Assembly (NCBI GenBank): GCA_032654565.1
Contig: JAULAX010000002.1
Span: 32,001 to 96,000, forward strand
Origin: Anaeromyxobacteraceae bacterium
GTDB taxonomy: Bacteria; Myxococcota; Myxococcia; Myxococcales; Anaeromyxobacteraceae
DNA length: 64,000 nucleotides
Direction of reading: 5' to 3'
Shown piece after piece: positions 12,052-22,328 of the stretch. Below the pieces are notes generated by a model. That model was given only the letters and a program-made list of their open reading frames with translations, did no database searches and was not told the origin of the DNA. Numbering within the stretch: the first letter of the stretch is position 1; the number at the start of each line of letters is the position of its first letter. A program made the translations under genes and the position numbers.

Positions 12052-15000
12052 TCACCAGATGATCCGGAGTGCGTTGTTGTTCCGGTCGGAGAGGACGAGG
12101 TGGCCCCCCGGGTAGCCGCGCACCTCGAAGGGAGAGTTGAGCTGCGGGCCGAGCGGCAGTCGCTGGGCATACTCGGCGGCCGAGCCGGCCACGGTGGTGC
12201 CGGCCCAGGTGTAGACGGCGGAGGACGGGCCTCCCGGCATCCCCGGCAAGGCGGCGGTGAGGTAGCGGAGCCGGTTGGACTCGACGAGCCAGAGGGTCCC
12301 GTCGGGAGCGGGGTAGAACGACGGTGGGCCCGCGAAGAGCGCGCCGCTGGCGGCCGCCCCCTCCCCGGCGCTGCCGGCGCTGCTGCCCGCCCGCATGGTG
12401 AGCGAGGCCACACTCCCGTCGGGGTTGGTGGTGATGGTGGCCACGCCGTTGGAGTAGCTGGCGATGCCGCCGCCGCAGAACCGGCCGCTCACCAGCAGGC
12501 TCCCGGCGGCATCCACGGCCACCTGGCAGCCGCGATCGTCGATGCAGTTCTCCAGGTGGGTTGGGTTGGCCGGGGTGCAGGCCGAGGCCTTCAGGAAGGT
12601 GGAGACCGCGCCGCTGGCCAGGTCGATGCGCCGGACCCGGTCGTGCGCGACGTCGGCCACGTAGATCGAGCCGCCGATCAGCGCCAGCTGGCTGGGGCTG
12701 GAGAAGCTGGCCGCCGCGGGGTTGGCGCCGTCACCGAACGGATCGGTGGTGGCGGTGCCCCCGCCGGCCAGCAGGTGGACCCGGTTGGGCGTGACCGACA
12801 GGTCGACGAAGCGGACCAGGTTGCAGTAGGCGTCGGTGAAGTAGAGCCGCTGCGCCGCCTCGTCGAGGTGGAGTCCCATCGGGTAGACGATGGTGGCCTC
12901 CAGCGCCGCCACCCCATCCGCGGGGTTGCACCCGGTGTTGCCGCCGGACCCGGCCACCGGCTCCACCACGCCGTCGGGTCGCAGCCGCTTGATGCGCCAG
13001 TTGCCGCGCTCGGCGAAGTAGACGTCCCCGCCGCTCGAGACGGCCAGGCCGGTCGGGACGTTGCTGCGCGCGTCGCGACCCGGCCCCTCGCCGTCTCCCG
13101 AGGTGTGGTCCGCCCCGACCGCCGAGAAGACCTGGCCGGCCGCCGGAGGCTGTGCGGTCCAGGTGAAGTCCACCGGGCTTCCGGTCAGGTGGCGGCCGTG
13201 GAGGTCGAGGGCGCTGGCGCGGAAGGTGTAGGAGGTGGGCCGGAGGCCGACGCGGGCCGGGGTCCGCGCCGTGCCCCACGGGTCGGTGACGGCCAGCGTG
13301 GACTGCACGGTCGCCGACGGGTCGAGCGACGCGAACCCCACCCAGCGCCCGCCGAGCGCCCCGCCGCCGGAGTCGGTCAGCGTCACCGCGAGCGGGGTCC
13401 CGGCCGGCGTCGCGGTGGCGTCGGTGGGCGACTCGTCGATGCGCGGCTGCTGCAGGTCACCGGCGGCCAGGGCCAGCGTGGCGGTGGACGGGGTGCTGCT
13501 CCCCGCGGCGCGCACCACCCGCAGGTCGTGCGTGCCGTTGTCCACCAGCAGCAGGTCGGTGGGGCGCAGCGGCGCGCCGCCGGCGCCGACGGTGGGGTCG
13601 AAGGCGATGGCCTGCGGCGAGGCCAGGGTGGCCGCGGTGGCCGGCCCGCCGTCGCCGCTGGATCCGCTGGCGCCGGTGCCGGCCACGGTCCGCAGCTCGA
13701 AGGTGGCGGCGTCCACCCGCCGGATCCGGTTCTCGGCGGCGATGGAGAGGTAGAGGTTGCCGGCCGGGTCGAAGGCCATGAGGGGATCGGTGGCGATGGA
13801 GGCGAGCCGTGCGTCGATGCCGTCCTGCGGCGCGCCGCCGGAGAGGCCGGCCACCCGGGTGGGAGCGCCGACGGGACGACCAGCGGCGTCGGCCTGCCAG
13901 CGCGTCACGCCGGGCGTGTAGCCCGAGCCGTCGGTGCCGCAGAGCCCGGCCGCGACGAAGACGTTGCCCTGCCCGTCCCAGGCCAGGTTGCTGGTGGTGC
14001 CGAGCGTGTAGACCGCGAGGGGAGCGGTGCAGGCGGCGACGGCGAGGACCGTGGTGATGATGCCGGTGCCGCCGGGACGAGACGGGGTGACCAGGTCGAC
14101 CCGCCGCACCCGGTTGTGGCCATCGTCCACCACGTAGAGCGAGCCGTCGGGCGCCAGGCCGATCCAGCGCGCGCTGGCCAGGGTGGCGCTGGTGGCCAGG
14201 CCGCCGTCGCCGTAGTCGGGCGCCGGGGCGCTGCCGCCGCCGGCCACCGTGTCGATGAGCCCGGTGACCAGGTTCACGCGCCGGACGCGGTTGGTGTAGG
14301 CGTCGGAGACGTAGAGCAGGTGGTTGAGGTCGTCGAGGGCCAGGTGCGACGCATAGACGATCGACGAGGAGGTGGCCGGGACGTTGTCCGGCGAGCCGGT
14401 GTTGGCGTGGTTGCCGGCGATGGTGGTGACCACGCCGTCCGCCGAGACCTTGCGCACCGCCCAGTTGTTGTAGTCGGCCACGTAGAGCGAGCCGTCTCGC
14501 GAGGCGGCCAGGCCGACCGGGTTGAGGAGCCTGGCGTCCAGCGCCGGACCGCCGACGTAGCCGGAGAGGTGGGCGGCGTTCACCACCGTGGTGATGATCC
14601 CGGCCGAGGGCGGATCGGCCCGGACGGTGAGCGTGGCGGGGACGGGCGCGGCGGTGGCGGTCACCGTGAAGACCTGGTCGCCGACCAGCCGCCCGAGCCG
14701 GATGGTGAATGGGCCGGCCACGCCCGAGGCGTTGGTCACGGCCAGGGCCGGGGTGACGCCGCCATCGGCCACCGGCGCGATGAGCACGTTGGCTCCGGCC
14801 ACCACGGCGCTGGCCTGGTCCCGGACCGTGACGGTGACGCCGCTCACCGAGCTCCCCACCACGCCGGTCAATCCGGCCGGCACGCTGATGGTGTTCCCCT
14901 TCGGCCCGCAGACCCCGGCCCGGCAGACGCCGTCGGGCACGGCGCTGGTGGCGCAGGCCGAGAGCTCCGGCGCGGTCGCGGAGGCGCGGCAGGCCTGGAC

Positions 15001-16662
15001 GCCGCTGGCGCAGGAGAGGGTCCCCAGCTGGCAGGGATCGGTCCCGGGCGAGCAGGGGCCGCCGGCCAGGCAGGTGGCGCAGGCGCCGTCGAAGCAGACG
15101 CCGCTGGTCCTGCTGGCGCAGGGGGTGCCGTTGGCCAGGGCGCTGCCGGTGTCGCTGCAGGCACCGGCGCCGGTGGCGCAGTCGGTGGTGCCGGCGTGGC
15201 AGTCGTTGACCGGCGTGCAGAGGGCGCCGGCCGAGCAGGCCGTGCAGGTGCCGGTGTGGCAGAAGAAGCCCAGCCCGCAGCTGGTCCCGTCCGGCAGCGA
15301 GGCGGCGGTGTCGGCGCAGACCTGGACGCCGGTGTTGCAGAGGGTCACGCCGGTGTGGCAGGGGTTGGGCGGCGCGCAGGCGGCGTAGGCGGTGCAGGGG
15401 GTGCACGCGCCGGCGTGGCAGACGTGGCCGGCGCCGCAGGCGGTGCCGTCCTGGACCAGCAGGGCCGAGGCGATGCAGGTGGGCGTCGAGGACACGGCGG
15501 TGCAGGTGAGGGTGCCGAGCCGGCAGGGGTCGGCCGGCTGGCAGGAGGCGCCGCCGACGCAGAGCGGCTGGCAGGCGCCGGCCAGGCAGGCCTGTCCGGC
15601 GCCGCAGGCGGTCCCGTCGAAGGCGTTGCCCACGCTGGTGCAGACCTGGCCGCCGGCGACGCAGTCGGTCCGCCCCACCCGGCAGGGATCGGCCGGCTGG
15701 CAGGGCCCCCCGGCCACGCAGGCGCCGCCGCCGCCGCCGGAGTTCCCGGCGCTGAGCCGCAGGTCGGGGAGCGTGGTCTCCTTCCCGGAGAGGACCAGCG
15801 CGTTGGCCGCCATGGCCGGGACGTAGCCGTCGTGGGCCACGATCACCTGGTAGAGGCCGGGCGGCAGCCCCGCCACGGCCAGGCTGCCTGCGGCGGTGAC
15901 GGTGCCGCTGAACGTCAGCGAGGCGGTGTCCACGGCGGTGACCGTGGTGACGCCGCTGGTGGCGGGCGGGGACAGCACCACCAGGCCTCCGATGGAGCCG
16001 GGCGGCGGGACCGGCGCGCCGGCGTCGGGCACCAGCGTGAGCGGGGCGAGCGCCAGATCCTCGCCGCCGCGCAGCTCGATGCCGTCCCGCACCACCGTCC
16101 GGTACCCGGCGCGGAAGAACTCCACCCGCAGCGGCCCGGCGGGCAGGTCACGCATGGTGAAGGTGCCGTCGTCGTTGGTGAAGGTGGTGAAGGGGCCCTC
16201 GGGCACGAAGACCACCGTGCCGCCGTGGCCACCCCCGGTGGCCAGGTCGCCGAGCAGGGCCAGGCCGTGGACCCTGGCGTTCTCCACCACCGCGATCTCG
16301 CCGAGCGAGATCTGCCGCCCCGGGCCGACGCCCACGGTGGCGAGATCGACGGCCCGCTGCATGTCGGCGGCGCCCGCGCCACCCGAGGCCCAGCGCACCA
16401 GCAGCACCCCCTGCGTGGAGGTGATCCCGGAGAGGAAGAAGTCGCCGGTGGTGCTGCTGCTGGTCCGGAGGCCCGTGGAGAGCACCTCGACCACGGCGCC
16501 GCTGACCGGGAGCCGGTCGGCGCTGCCGGGCTGGGCCACCACCACCTTGCCGTAGACGGCGCCGGGCCCGGGCGGCCCGGGCGGGGGCGGGAGCGTGAGA
16601 TCCCGGTTGCAACCCGCGAGGACCAGCAACGAGGCCAGCAACCCGGCCGAGCGGTGGGACAT
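12052..16662 (-). CDS. Large surface lipoprotein (1536 aa): carboxypeptidase-regulatory-like beta-sandwiches, five Cys-rich repeats, Ig-like domains and NHL (teneurin-like) beta-propeller repeats
   Basis: GGAGGG RBS; lipobox LVLAGC; NHL motifs LYVADYNNWAVRKV, TVAGTG, GDGGPATAATL; Cys repeats at 14908-15720. Confidence 0.85.
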   Translation of the reverse strand: MSHRSAGLLASLLVLAGCNRDLTLPPPPGPPGPGAVYGKVVVAQPGSADRLPVSGAVVEVLSTGLRTSSSTTGDFFLSGITSTQGVLLVRWASGGAGAADMQRAVDLATVGVGPGRQISLGEIAVVENARVHGLALLGDLATGGGHGGTVVFVPEGPFTTFTNDDGTFTMRDLPAGPLRVEFFRAGYRTVVRDGIELRGGEDLALAPLTLVPDAGAPVPPPGSIGGLVVLSPPATSGVTTVTAVDTASLTFSGTVTAAGSLAVAGLPPGLYQVIVAHDGYVPAMAANALVLSGKETTLPDLRLSAGNSGGGGGACVAGGPCQPADPCRVGRTDCVAGGQVCTSVGNAFDGTACGAGQACLAGACQPLCVGGASCQPADPCRLGTLTCTAVSSTPTCIASALLVQDGTACGAGHVCHAGACTPCTAYAACAPPNPCHTGVTLCNTGVQVCADTAASLPDGTSCGLGFFCHTGTCTACSAGALCTPVNDCHAGTTDCATGAGACSDTGSALANGTPCASRTSGVCFDGACATCLAGGPCSPGTDPCQLGTLSCASGVQACRASATAPELSACATSAVPDGVCRAGVCGPKGNTISVPAGLTGVVGSSVSGVTVTVRDQASAVVAGANVLIAPVADGGVTPALAVTNASGVAGPFTIRLGRLVGDQVFTVTATAAPVPATLTVRADPPSAGIITTVVNAAHLSGYVGGPALDARLLNPVGLAASRDGSLYVADYNNWAVRKVSADGVVTTIAGNHANTGSPDNVPATSSSIVYASHLALDDLNHLLYVSDAYTNRVRRVNLVTGLIDTVAGGGSAPAPDYGDGGLATSATLASARWIGLAPDGSLYVVDDGHNRVRRVDLVTPSRPGGTGIITTVLAVAACTAPLAVYTLGTTSNLAWDGQGNVFVAAGLCGTDGSGYTPGVTRWQADAAGRPVGAPTRVAGLSGGAPQDGIDARLASIATDPLMAFDPAGNLYLSIAAENRIRRVDAATFELRTVAGTGASGSSGDGGPATAATLASPQAIAFDPTVGAGGAPLRPTDLLLVDNGTHDLRVVRAAGSSTPSTATLALAAGDLQQPRIDESPTDATATPAGTPLAVTLTDSGGGALGGRWVGFASLDPSATVQSTLAVTDPWGTARTPARVGLRPTSYTFRASALDLHGRHLTGSPVDFTWTAQPPAAGQVFSAVGADHTSGDGEGPGRDARSNVPTGLAVSSGGDVYFAERGNWRIKRLRPDGVVEPVAGSGGNTGCNPADGVAALEATIVYPMGLHLDEAAQRLYFTDAYCNLVRFVDLSVTPNRVHLLAGGGTATTDPFGDGANPAAASFSSPSQLALIGGSIYVADVAHDRVRRIDLASGAVSTFLKASACTPANPTHLENCIDDRGCQVAVDAAGSLLVSGRFCGGGIASYSNGVATITTNPDGSVASLTMRAGSSAGSAGEGAAASGALFAGPPSFYPAPDGTLWLVESNRLRYLTAALPGMPGGPSSAVYTWAGTTVAGSAAEYAQRLPLGPQLNSPFEVRGYPGGHLVLSDRNNNALRIIW

Positions 16663-16825
16663 GGGCCCCTCCCTGGTGAAGGCGTGGAGAGAGGCTAATC
16701 GAGCTGAGGTGGACCGGTCCGGGAAATCGTCCGGCGGCGCCGCGCGTCGAGCGCGCCAGCGCGCCCGCCCCGGGGGGAGGCCGGACGGTGTGCCCCTTCG
16801 GGGCCATGGCCGCGTCGCCGGCGCG

Positions 16826-17638
16826 TGGCTCGCGGTGGTCGGCAACCAGATCCAGACACCGGACGGCCAGCCCTGGCGCGGTCGCGGCGCCAACCTCACC
16901 GACACCCGCGGCTGCAACGCCTGCGCCTACAACGCCCCGAGCCCGGCCGAGGTGACGCGGCGCGTCGACGAGCTGGTGGACGGTTGGCACGCCAACTTCA
17001 TCCGGCTGGACCTGGAGAGCTATGCCGACGCCGGGGGCCGGGTCACCTGGGCCGGCCTGCTGGTCGACGCGGCCCGCCTGGCCGAGGTCTTCAAGGACGA
17101 GCCCCGCGTGCTCTTCGGCCTGGTGAACGATCCGGAGTCCAACTTCGACGGGGCCCAGGACGCCCAGGTCTGGACCGCCATGAACTCCGCGGTGCGGACC
17201 ATCCGCGACGTGGAGACGGCGGCCGGCACGCCCCACCACGTCATCGCGGTGCAGGGGACCCGGCAGTGGTCGCGGGTGCTCGACTACTACCTCACCCACC
17301 CCATCACCGCCGGCGGCGGCGTCAACATCGCCTACGAGACCCACGTCTACGATCCGGCCAGCAGCTTCGCCGCCCGCTTCGAGGATCCTTCGGCCACGGG
17401 GCCGGTGATCATCGGCGAGTTCGGCCCGGTTCCTGGAACCATGACCCTGGCCGACACCGCCGACCTGATGGCCCGGGCCGAGGCCCACGGGGTCCCCTAC
17501 CTGGCCTGGACCTTCCACATGCGCTGCGACCCCAACCTGCTGGTGGACAACTCGGGCGGCGGCGGCGGCGGCGACATGACCCTCACCCCCACCGCCTGGG
17601 GCACGCAGCTGAAGACGCGCCTGGCGACGGGGTGGTAG
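16826..17638 (+). pseudogene. Degenerate glycoside hydrolase family 5 (cellulase-like) fragment
   Basis: RGANL, NFIRL, H-x-Y (ETHVY), IIGEFG nucleophile and LAW motifs; NEP reads NDP; only ~32 aa between the FIRLDL and LFGLVN strands; no convincing start or signal peptide. Confidence 0.6.
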
Positions 17639-17745
17639 TGCAATCGCGGCGTCGCCGAGCCGATCTCACGAAACCCCCGCCCCTCTTGGGTTCCACGGGT
17701 GTCGGCGCGGCCGGAAATGTCAGACCGGCGTGAGACGCTGCGTGA

Positions 17746-19005
17746 ATGATCAACGCGCAACCGACCCTGCCGTCGGCCGCGGCTCCGACGCACGGAGCGG
17801 CCACATCGTCCCTCGAACTCCCGGAAGCACGGCAGCTCCGCGACGCACTCGAGCTCCTCCTTTGCAGGGAGCGGGCGGCCATGGCCGACTTCCTGATCGC
17901 CCTGGCCGACCTCGACCGGCGCCGCGGCTGGGAGCCGCTCGGGCATGCCTCCTTCTTCGCCTTCCTCCATTTCGAGATGGGGCTCTCCAACAGTGCCGCC
18001 TTCTACCGAATGAGCGCCGCCCGGCTCATCCAGCGCATCCCCGACCTGGTGGGGCCGATGGCCAGCGGCCGGCTCTGACTGTCGACGACCGCCGAACTGG
18101 CCAAGGTGGTGACCGAGGAGAACTGGGCCGAGGTGGCCCCGCGCTTCTTCGGCCTCTCGGCCCGGGAGGCGAGGGAAGTGGTCGCCGCGCTGCAGCCGAG
18201 GGCGGCGCCGCCGCTGCGAGCGGTGGTGACCTCGCTGCACACGCAGCAGCTCGAGCTCGTCAGGCCGCAGGCCGCCGCGTTGCCGCCAATGGCCAACCCG
18301 GTCGAACCTTCGCCCTCCGCCCCCTCAACCCCCGCCCTCACACTCGCCCTCTCCGCCGCGCCGACGACCGGCGAGGACTCAAACGTGGTCCTTCTTTGGC
18401 GATTCCCGACGTCGGGAATCGCTTTTGGGGGAGGCGACGAGATCGTGCCGCTCACGGCGAACGTGCGCAGGGTCCACTTCAACGTCGACAAGCATGTGGT
18501 CCGGAAGCTCAAGGCCGCTCGCGAGGGGCTCTCGCACTCGATTCGCGGAGCCACGATGGAGCAGGTGCTCGAGGCGGCGCTCGACCTGCTGCTGGAGAAG
18601 CAGGCCAGGGCGCGGGCGCTGGTGAAGCGGCCGCGGGCGGTGCGGCCGACCCCGACCTCGACCTCGACCCCGACTGCGACCGAGCCGCCGCCCCACCGTC
18701 GCTCCGGCCCCCGCGCAGCCATCCCCGCCACCGTTCGCCGCGCCGTCTGGGAGGGCGACGCCGGCCGCCGCAGTTGGCCGCTCGACGGTGGCGGCTGCTG
18801 CGGCTCGACGCATCGGCTGGAGCTCGACCACCTCATTCCCTGGGCCGAGTGGGGTCCCGACACGGTCGAGAACCTCCGCGTCGTCTGCGGCCGGCACAAC
18901 GCCCTGGCGGCGAGGGGGGCGTTCGGGGAGCCGCAGATGAGCCGATATGCAGGGAGGCGGACGGGAGGCTCTGGCTCGAGCGCATCTCATCATCCCCGGC
19001 CGTAG
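17746..19005 (+). pseudogene. DUF222/HNH endonuclease-like gene interrupted by an in-frame TGA at 18076-18078
   Basis: ORFs 17746-18078 and 18106-19005 share a frame; N-terminus ERAAMADFLIALADLDRRR...LGHASFF; C-terminal LELDHLIPW...NLRVVCGRHN HNH motif. Confidence 0.75.
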
Positions 19006-19172
19006 CGAGGCGAGCGAGGCCGAGCACCGAGCGGGTCACCCGACGACCGAGCAGCGGAAGCGTGCTGGTGGCCCGCTGAGCAGCGCAGGGAGGAGGCTGC
19101 CCCGCGAATGCCGGCATCGTTCGCCGCAGCAGGCTGGGGGTTATGGGATGTGCTCTGGAGGCCTGGGCGCCC

Positions 19173-20465
19173 TCAAAGGGCGCCCTCCTGAGGCAACGAC
19201 CCCAGGGCCTCGCCCAGGTCGGCGATCAGCTCCTCCGGGGCCTCGATGCCGATGGAGAGCCGGATGACGCTGTCGGTGATCCCGGCGCGCCGCCTCGCCT
19301 CCGGCGTCATGGAGGCGTGGGTCATGGAGGCCGGGTGGGCCACCAGGCTCTCCACCCCGCCCAGGCTCTCGGCCAAAGTGAACCAGCGCAGCGTCCGCAG
19401 CACGTGGTTGACCCGCGCCGGCGTCCCGTCCTTGAGCTCGAAGCTGAGCATGCCGCCGAAGCCGTCCTGCTGCCGCCTGGCCAGCGCGTGCTGGGGGTGG
19501 CCCGGCAGGCCCGGGTAGAAGACCTCGTCGATGGCCGGGTGGGCCGCCAGGAACTCGGCCACCCGCTGCGCCCCGAGCTCATGCGCCTTCATCCGCAAGA
19601 GCAGCGTCTTCAGGCCGCGCAGCACCAGGAAGCAGTCGTGCGGGCTCTGCGAGGTGCCGAGCAGGTTGTTCATCGACTGGATGCGCTGCAGGAGCGCGGT
19701 CCGCCCCGGCGCCGCCACCACCGCCCCGCCCACCACGTCGGAGTGGCCGTTCAGGTACTTGGTGGTGGAGTGGACCACCAGGTCGGCGCCGTGCTCGAAC
19801 GGCCGCTGCAGCACCGGGGAGAGGAAGGTGTTGTCGACCACGGTGAGCGCGCCGCGGGCCCGTGCCAACCTGGCCACAGCGGCGATGTCGGTGAGCCGCA
19901 AGAGCGGGTTGGACGGGGTCTCGATCCAGACCAGCGCCGTCTCCTGCTGCAGCGCCTCCTCCACCGCGGCGAGATCGCCGAGGTCGAGATAGGTGACCTT
20001 CAGGCCGGCCGCGACCTTGAGGTGCTCCAGCGTCCGGAAGGTGCCGCCATAGCAGTCGATGGTGGAGAGGATGTGGCTCCCGGCCGGGAGCAGGCTGAGC
20101 ACCAGGGTCACCGCCGCCATGCCGGTGGTGGTGCAGGTGGCCCCGCTGCCCCCCTCGAGCAGCGCGATGGCCTCCTCGAGCGCGGCGCGCGTCGGGTTGC
20201 CGCTGCGGGTGTAGTCGTAACCGGCGTTGGTGCAGACGTCCCGGAAGGCGAAGGTGGAGGTCAGGTAGAGGGGCGGCATGACCGCGCCGTAGGCCGGGTC
20301 GGGCTGGACGCCGGCGTGGACGCAGCGGGTGGCGAGCGAGGCGCCGCGGACCAGCGGCCCACGCCGGGCCCAGCCCACCTGGCTGGGCGAGCCGGCCGGC
20401 AGGATGGTGAAGTGGTAGGCGGGGTTGCCGGGGACGTTGGCGTCGAGGTGCTGTTCGTCGGACAT
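19173..20465 (-). CDS. metB: Cystathionine gamma-synthase/lyase (PLP-dependent trans-sulfuration enzyme)
   Basis: YDYTRSGNPTR, ETPSNP, VDNTF, HSTTKYLNGHSD, LAESLGGVESL; ~45-aa N-terminal extension; synthase vs lyase not resolvable from motifs. Confidence 0.85.
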   Translation of the reverse strand: MSDEQHLDANVPGNPAYHFTILPAGSPSQVGWARRGPLVRGASLATRCVHAGVQPDPAYGAVMPPLYLTSTFAFRDVCTNAGYDYTRSGNPTRAALEEAIALLEGGSGATCTTTGMAAVTLVLSLLPAGSHILSTIDCYGGTFRTLEHLKVAAGLKVTYLDLGDLAAVEEALQQETALVWIETPSNPLLRLTDIAAVARLARARGALTVVDNTFLSPVLQRPFEHGADLVVHSTTKYLNGHSDVVGGAVVAAPGRTALLQRIQSMNNLLGTSQSPHDCFLVLRGLKTLLLRMKAHELGAQRVAEFLAAHPAIDEVFYPGLPGHPQHALARRQQDGFGGMLSFELKDGTPARVNHVLRTLRWFTLAESLGGVESLVAHPASMTHASMTPEARRRAGITDSVIRLSIGIEAPEELIADLGEALGSLPQEGAL

Positions 20466-20555
20466 GGTGGCCTTCGGCGGTGGCTCTCTGCGGTGGCGCC
20501 GGTGGGTGGCGGTGGGCCGCAAGGCCCGTCCGGTTATGGCGGGGCGTCAGCGGGT

Positions 20556-20573
20556 GTTCCGCTTTAGCGGAAC
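20556..20573. promoter_or_regulatory. Palindromic operator upstream of metB
   Basis: GTTCCGCTTTAGCGGAAC, inverted repeat with 8-bp arms. Confidence 0.65.
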
Positions 20574-20685
20574 GGGCGCGCCGGCGCAACCCCGCCTCGG
20601 ACAGGCTGAAAACAGGCTGTTCCAGCGGAGTTTCGTGGCCTGCTTCGTCTCCCCCGGACACCTTCTCCTTGCGCGGCGCCGCCTC

Positions 20686-20701
20686 GTCCGCTATAGCGGA
20701 C
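20686..20701. promoter_or_regulatory. Palindromic operator upstream of cysK
   Basis: GTCCGCTATAGCGGAC, perfect 16-bp palindrome. Confidence 0.7.
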
Positions 20702-20759
20702 AGGTCGCGCAACCGACCGGCGCCTGCCGCGCCGACCCACCCGCGCTGGAGAGCCACCC

Positions 20760-21725
20760 ATGGCACGCATCTTCGAGGACAACAGCCTCAGCATCGGCGG
20801 CACCCCGCTGGTCCGGCTCAACCGGGTCACCCAGGGGCTCCACGCCACCGTGGTGGCCAAGATCGAGGGGCGCAACCCGGCCTACTCGGTGAAGTGCCGC
20901 CTCGGCTCCGCGCTGGTCTGGGCCGCCGAGCGCGACGGGCACCTGGTCCCCGGCTCGCGCCAGCGGACCATCATCGAGCCGACCAGCGGCAACACCGGCA
21001 TCGCCCTGGCCTTCGTGGCCGCCGCCCGCGGCTACCCCATCATCCTCACCATGCCGGAGACCATGTCGCTGGAGCGGCGCCGCATGCTCAAGGCCTTCGG
21101 GGCCGAGCTGATCCTCACCGAGGGGGCCAAGGGCATGAACGGCGCCATCGCCAAGGCCGAGGAGATCGCCGCCAGCGATCCGAAGAAGTACTTCCTCCCC
21201 CAGCAATTCAAGAACCCGGCCAACCCCGACATCCACTACCGGACCACCGGCCCGGAGATCTGGAACGACACCGACGGCCTGGTCGACATCTTCGTCTCGG
21301 GCGTCGGCACCGGCGGCACCATCACCGGCGTCTCCCGCTACCTCAAGGAGAAGAAGCGCGGCGTCCAGTCGATCGCCGTCGAGCCCATCCACTCGCCGGT
21401 GCTCACCGCCATCCGCGCCGGCGAGGCCCCCAAGCCCGGGCCGCACAAGATCCAGGGGATCGGCGCCGGCTTCAAGCCGGAGGTGCTCGATCTCTCTGTG
21501 GTGGACGACGTGGTCACCGTCTCCAACGACGAGTCGGTGGAGATGGCCAAGCGGCTCCACAAGGAGGAGGGGATCACCTGCGGCATCTCCTGCGGCGCCG
21601 CCGTGGCCGCCGCCCTCAAGGTGGCGGCCCGCCCCGAGTCGAAGGGGAAGCTGATCGTCACGGTGCTGCCCGACGCCGGCGAGCGCTACCTCTCCAGCAT
21701 CCTCTTCGAGGGGATCGTCGCCTAG
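20760..21725 (+). CDS. cysK: Cysteine synthase A
   Basis: [13 protein letters not shown] lysine, [34 protein letters not shown]. Confidence 0.96.
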   Translation: MARIFEDNSLSIGGTPLVRLNRVTQGLHATVVAKIEGRNPAYSVKCRLGSALVWAAERDGHLVPGSRQRTIIEPTSGNTGIALAFVAAARGYPIILTMPETMSLERRRMLKAFGAELILTEGAKGMNGAIAKAEEIAASDPKKYFLPQQFKNPANPDIHYRTTGPEIWNDTDGLVDIFVSGVGTGGTITGVSRYLKEKKRGVQSIAVEPIHSPVLTAIRAGEAPKPGPHKIQGIGAGFKPEVLDLSVVDDVVTVSNDESVEMAKRLHKEEGITCGISCGAAVAAALKVAARPESKGKLIVTVLPDAGERYLSSILFEGIVA

Positions 21726-21736
21726 GGCGCCCCGCC

Positions 21737-22264
21737 ATGCCCATCGCCCATCCCTACCGCGACCTGCGGGTCATCGACGCCCGGGCCCCGCGCTTCAACC
21801 AGGCGGCGGTCGGCCTGCTCTCCCTGGCCGGGGTGCTGACCGGCTGGTGGCCGCTCTTCGCCCTGCCGGCGCTGCAGCTCCTCCTGGGCCTCACCTTCGG
21901 TCGCCGCTGGTGCCTGGCCTGCGTCCTCTACTTCGAGGTGGTGCAGCCGCGCCTCGGCGAGGGGCCGCTGGAGGACGCCCGGCCGGTCCGCTTCGCCAAC
22001 CAGGTGGGCGCCACCTTCCTCACCGCCGCGACGCTGGCCGGCGCGCTGGGCGGGAGCACGCTGGCGCTGGCCCTCGGCGGCCTGGTCGCGGCCCTGGCGC
22101 TGCTGGCTGCGACCACCGGCCTCTGCGTCGGCTGCCTGATGTTCAGGGGGCTGGCGCGCCTGCGCGGGGCGCCGCTCGGCGACGCGGTGGCCGCCTTCGC
22201 CACCTCGGTCTGCGCCGACTGCCAGCGCCTGCCGGTGCGGAGCGGGGTTCCCCCGCACGCCTGA
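21737..22264 (+). CDS. DUF4395-family membrane protein
   Basis: IDARAPRFNQ, EDARPVRFANQVG, GLCVGC motifs; hydrophobic; directly follows cysK. Confidence 0.75.
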   Translation: MPIAHPYRDLRVIDARAPRFNQAAVGLLSLAGVLTGWWPLFALPALQLLLGLTFGRRWCLACVLYFEVVQPRLGEGPLEDARPVRFANQVGATFLTAATLAGALGGSTLALALGGLVAALALLAATTGLCVGCLMFRGLARLRGAPLGDAVAAFATSVCADCQRLPVRSGVPPHA

Positions 22265-22328
22265 GCCCCGGACGAGCCCCCGGGACGGGCCGGTGGCGCA
22301 ACCTCACCGGGCGTGCCACGCTCCGGTC

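Noticed and set aside
12028..16698. 1556-aa plus-strand ORF and other long antisense ORFs across the window
   Set aside because: Antisense shadows typical of very GC-rich DNA; the opposite strand carries the motif-supported gene
18644..18682. CGACCY hexamer run as an independent repeat element
   Set aside because: Encodes a PTPTSTSTPT linker inside the HNH pseudogene
19006..19145. Possible structured RNA or REP element after the HNH pseudogene
   Set aside because: Some local pairing is visible but there is no second copy in the window and no recognisable family; too weak to call
20466..20759. SAM or other riboswitch upstream of metB/cysK (also checked before metY)
   Set aside because: No recognisable SAM-I/II core motifs by eye and the metY leader is too short; DNA palindromes explain the region better. 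An Rfam scan was not run
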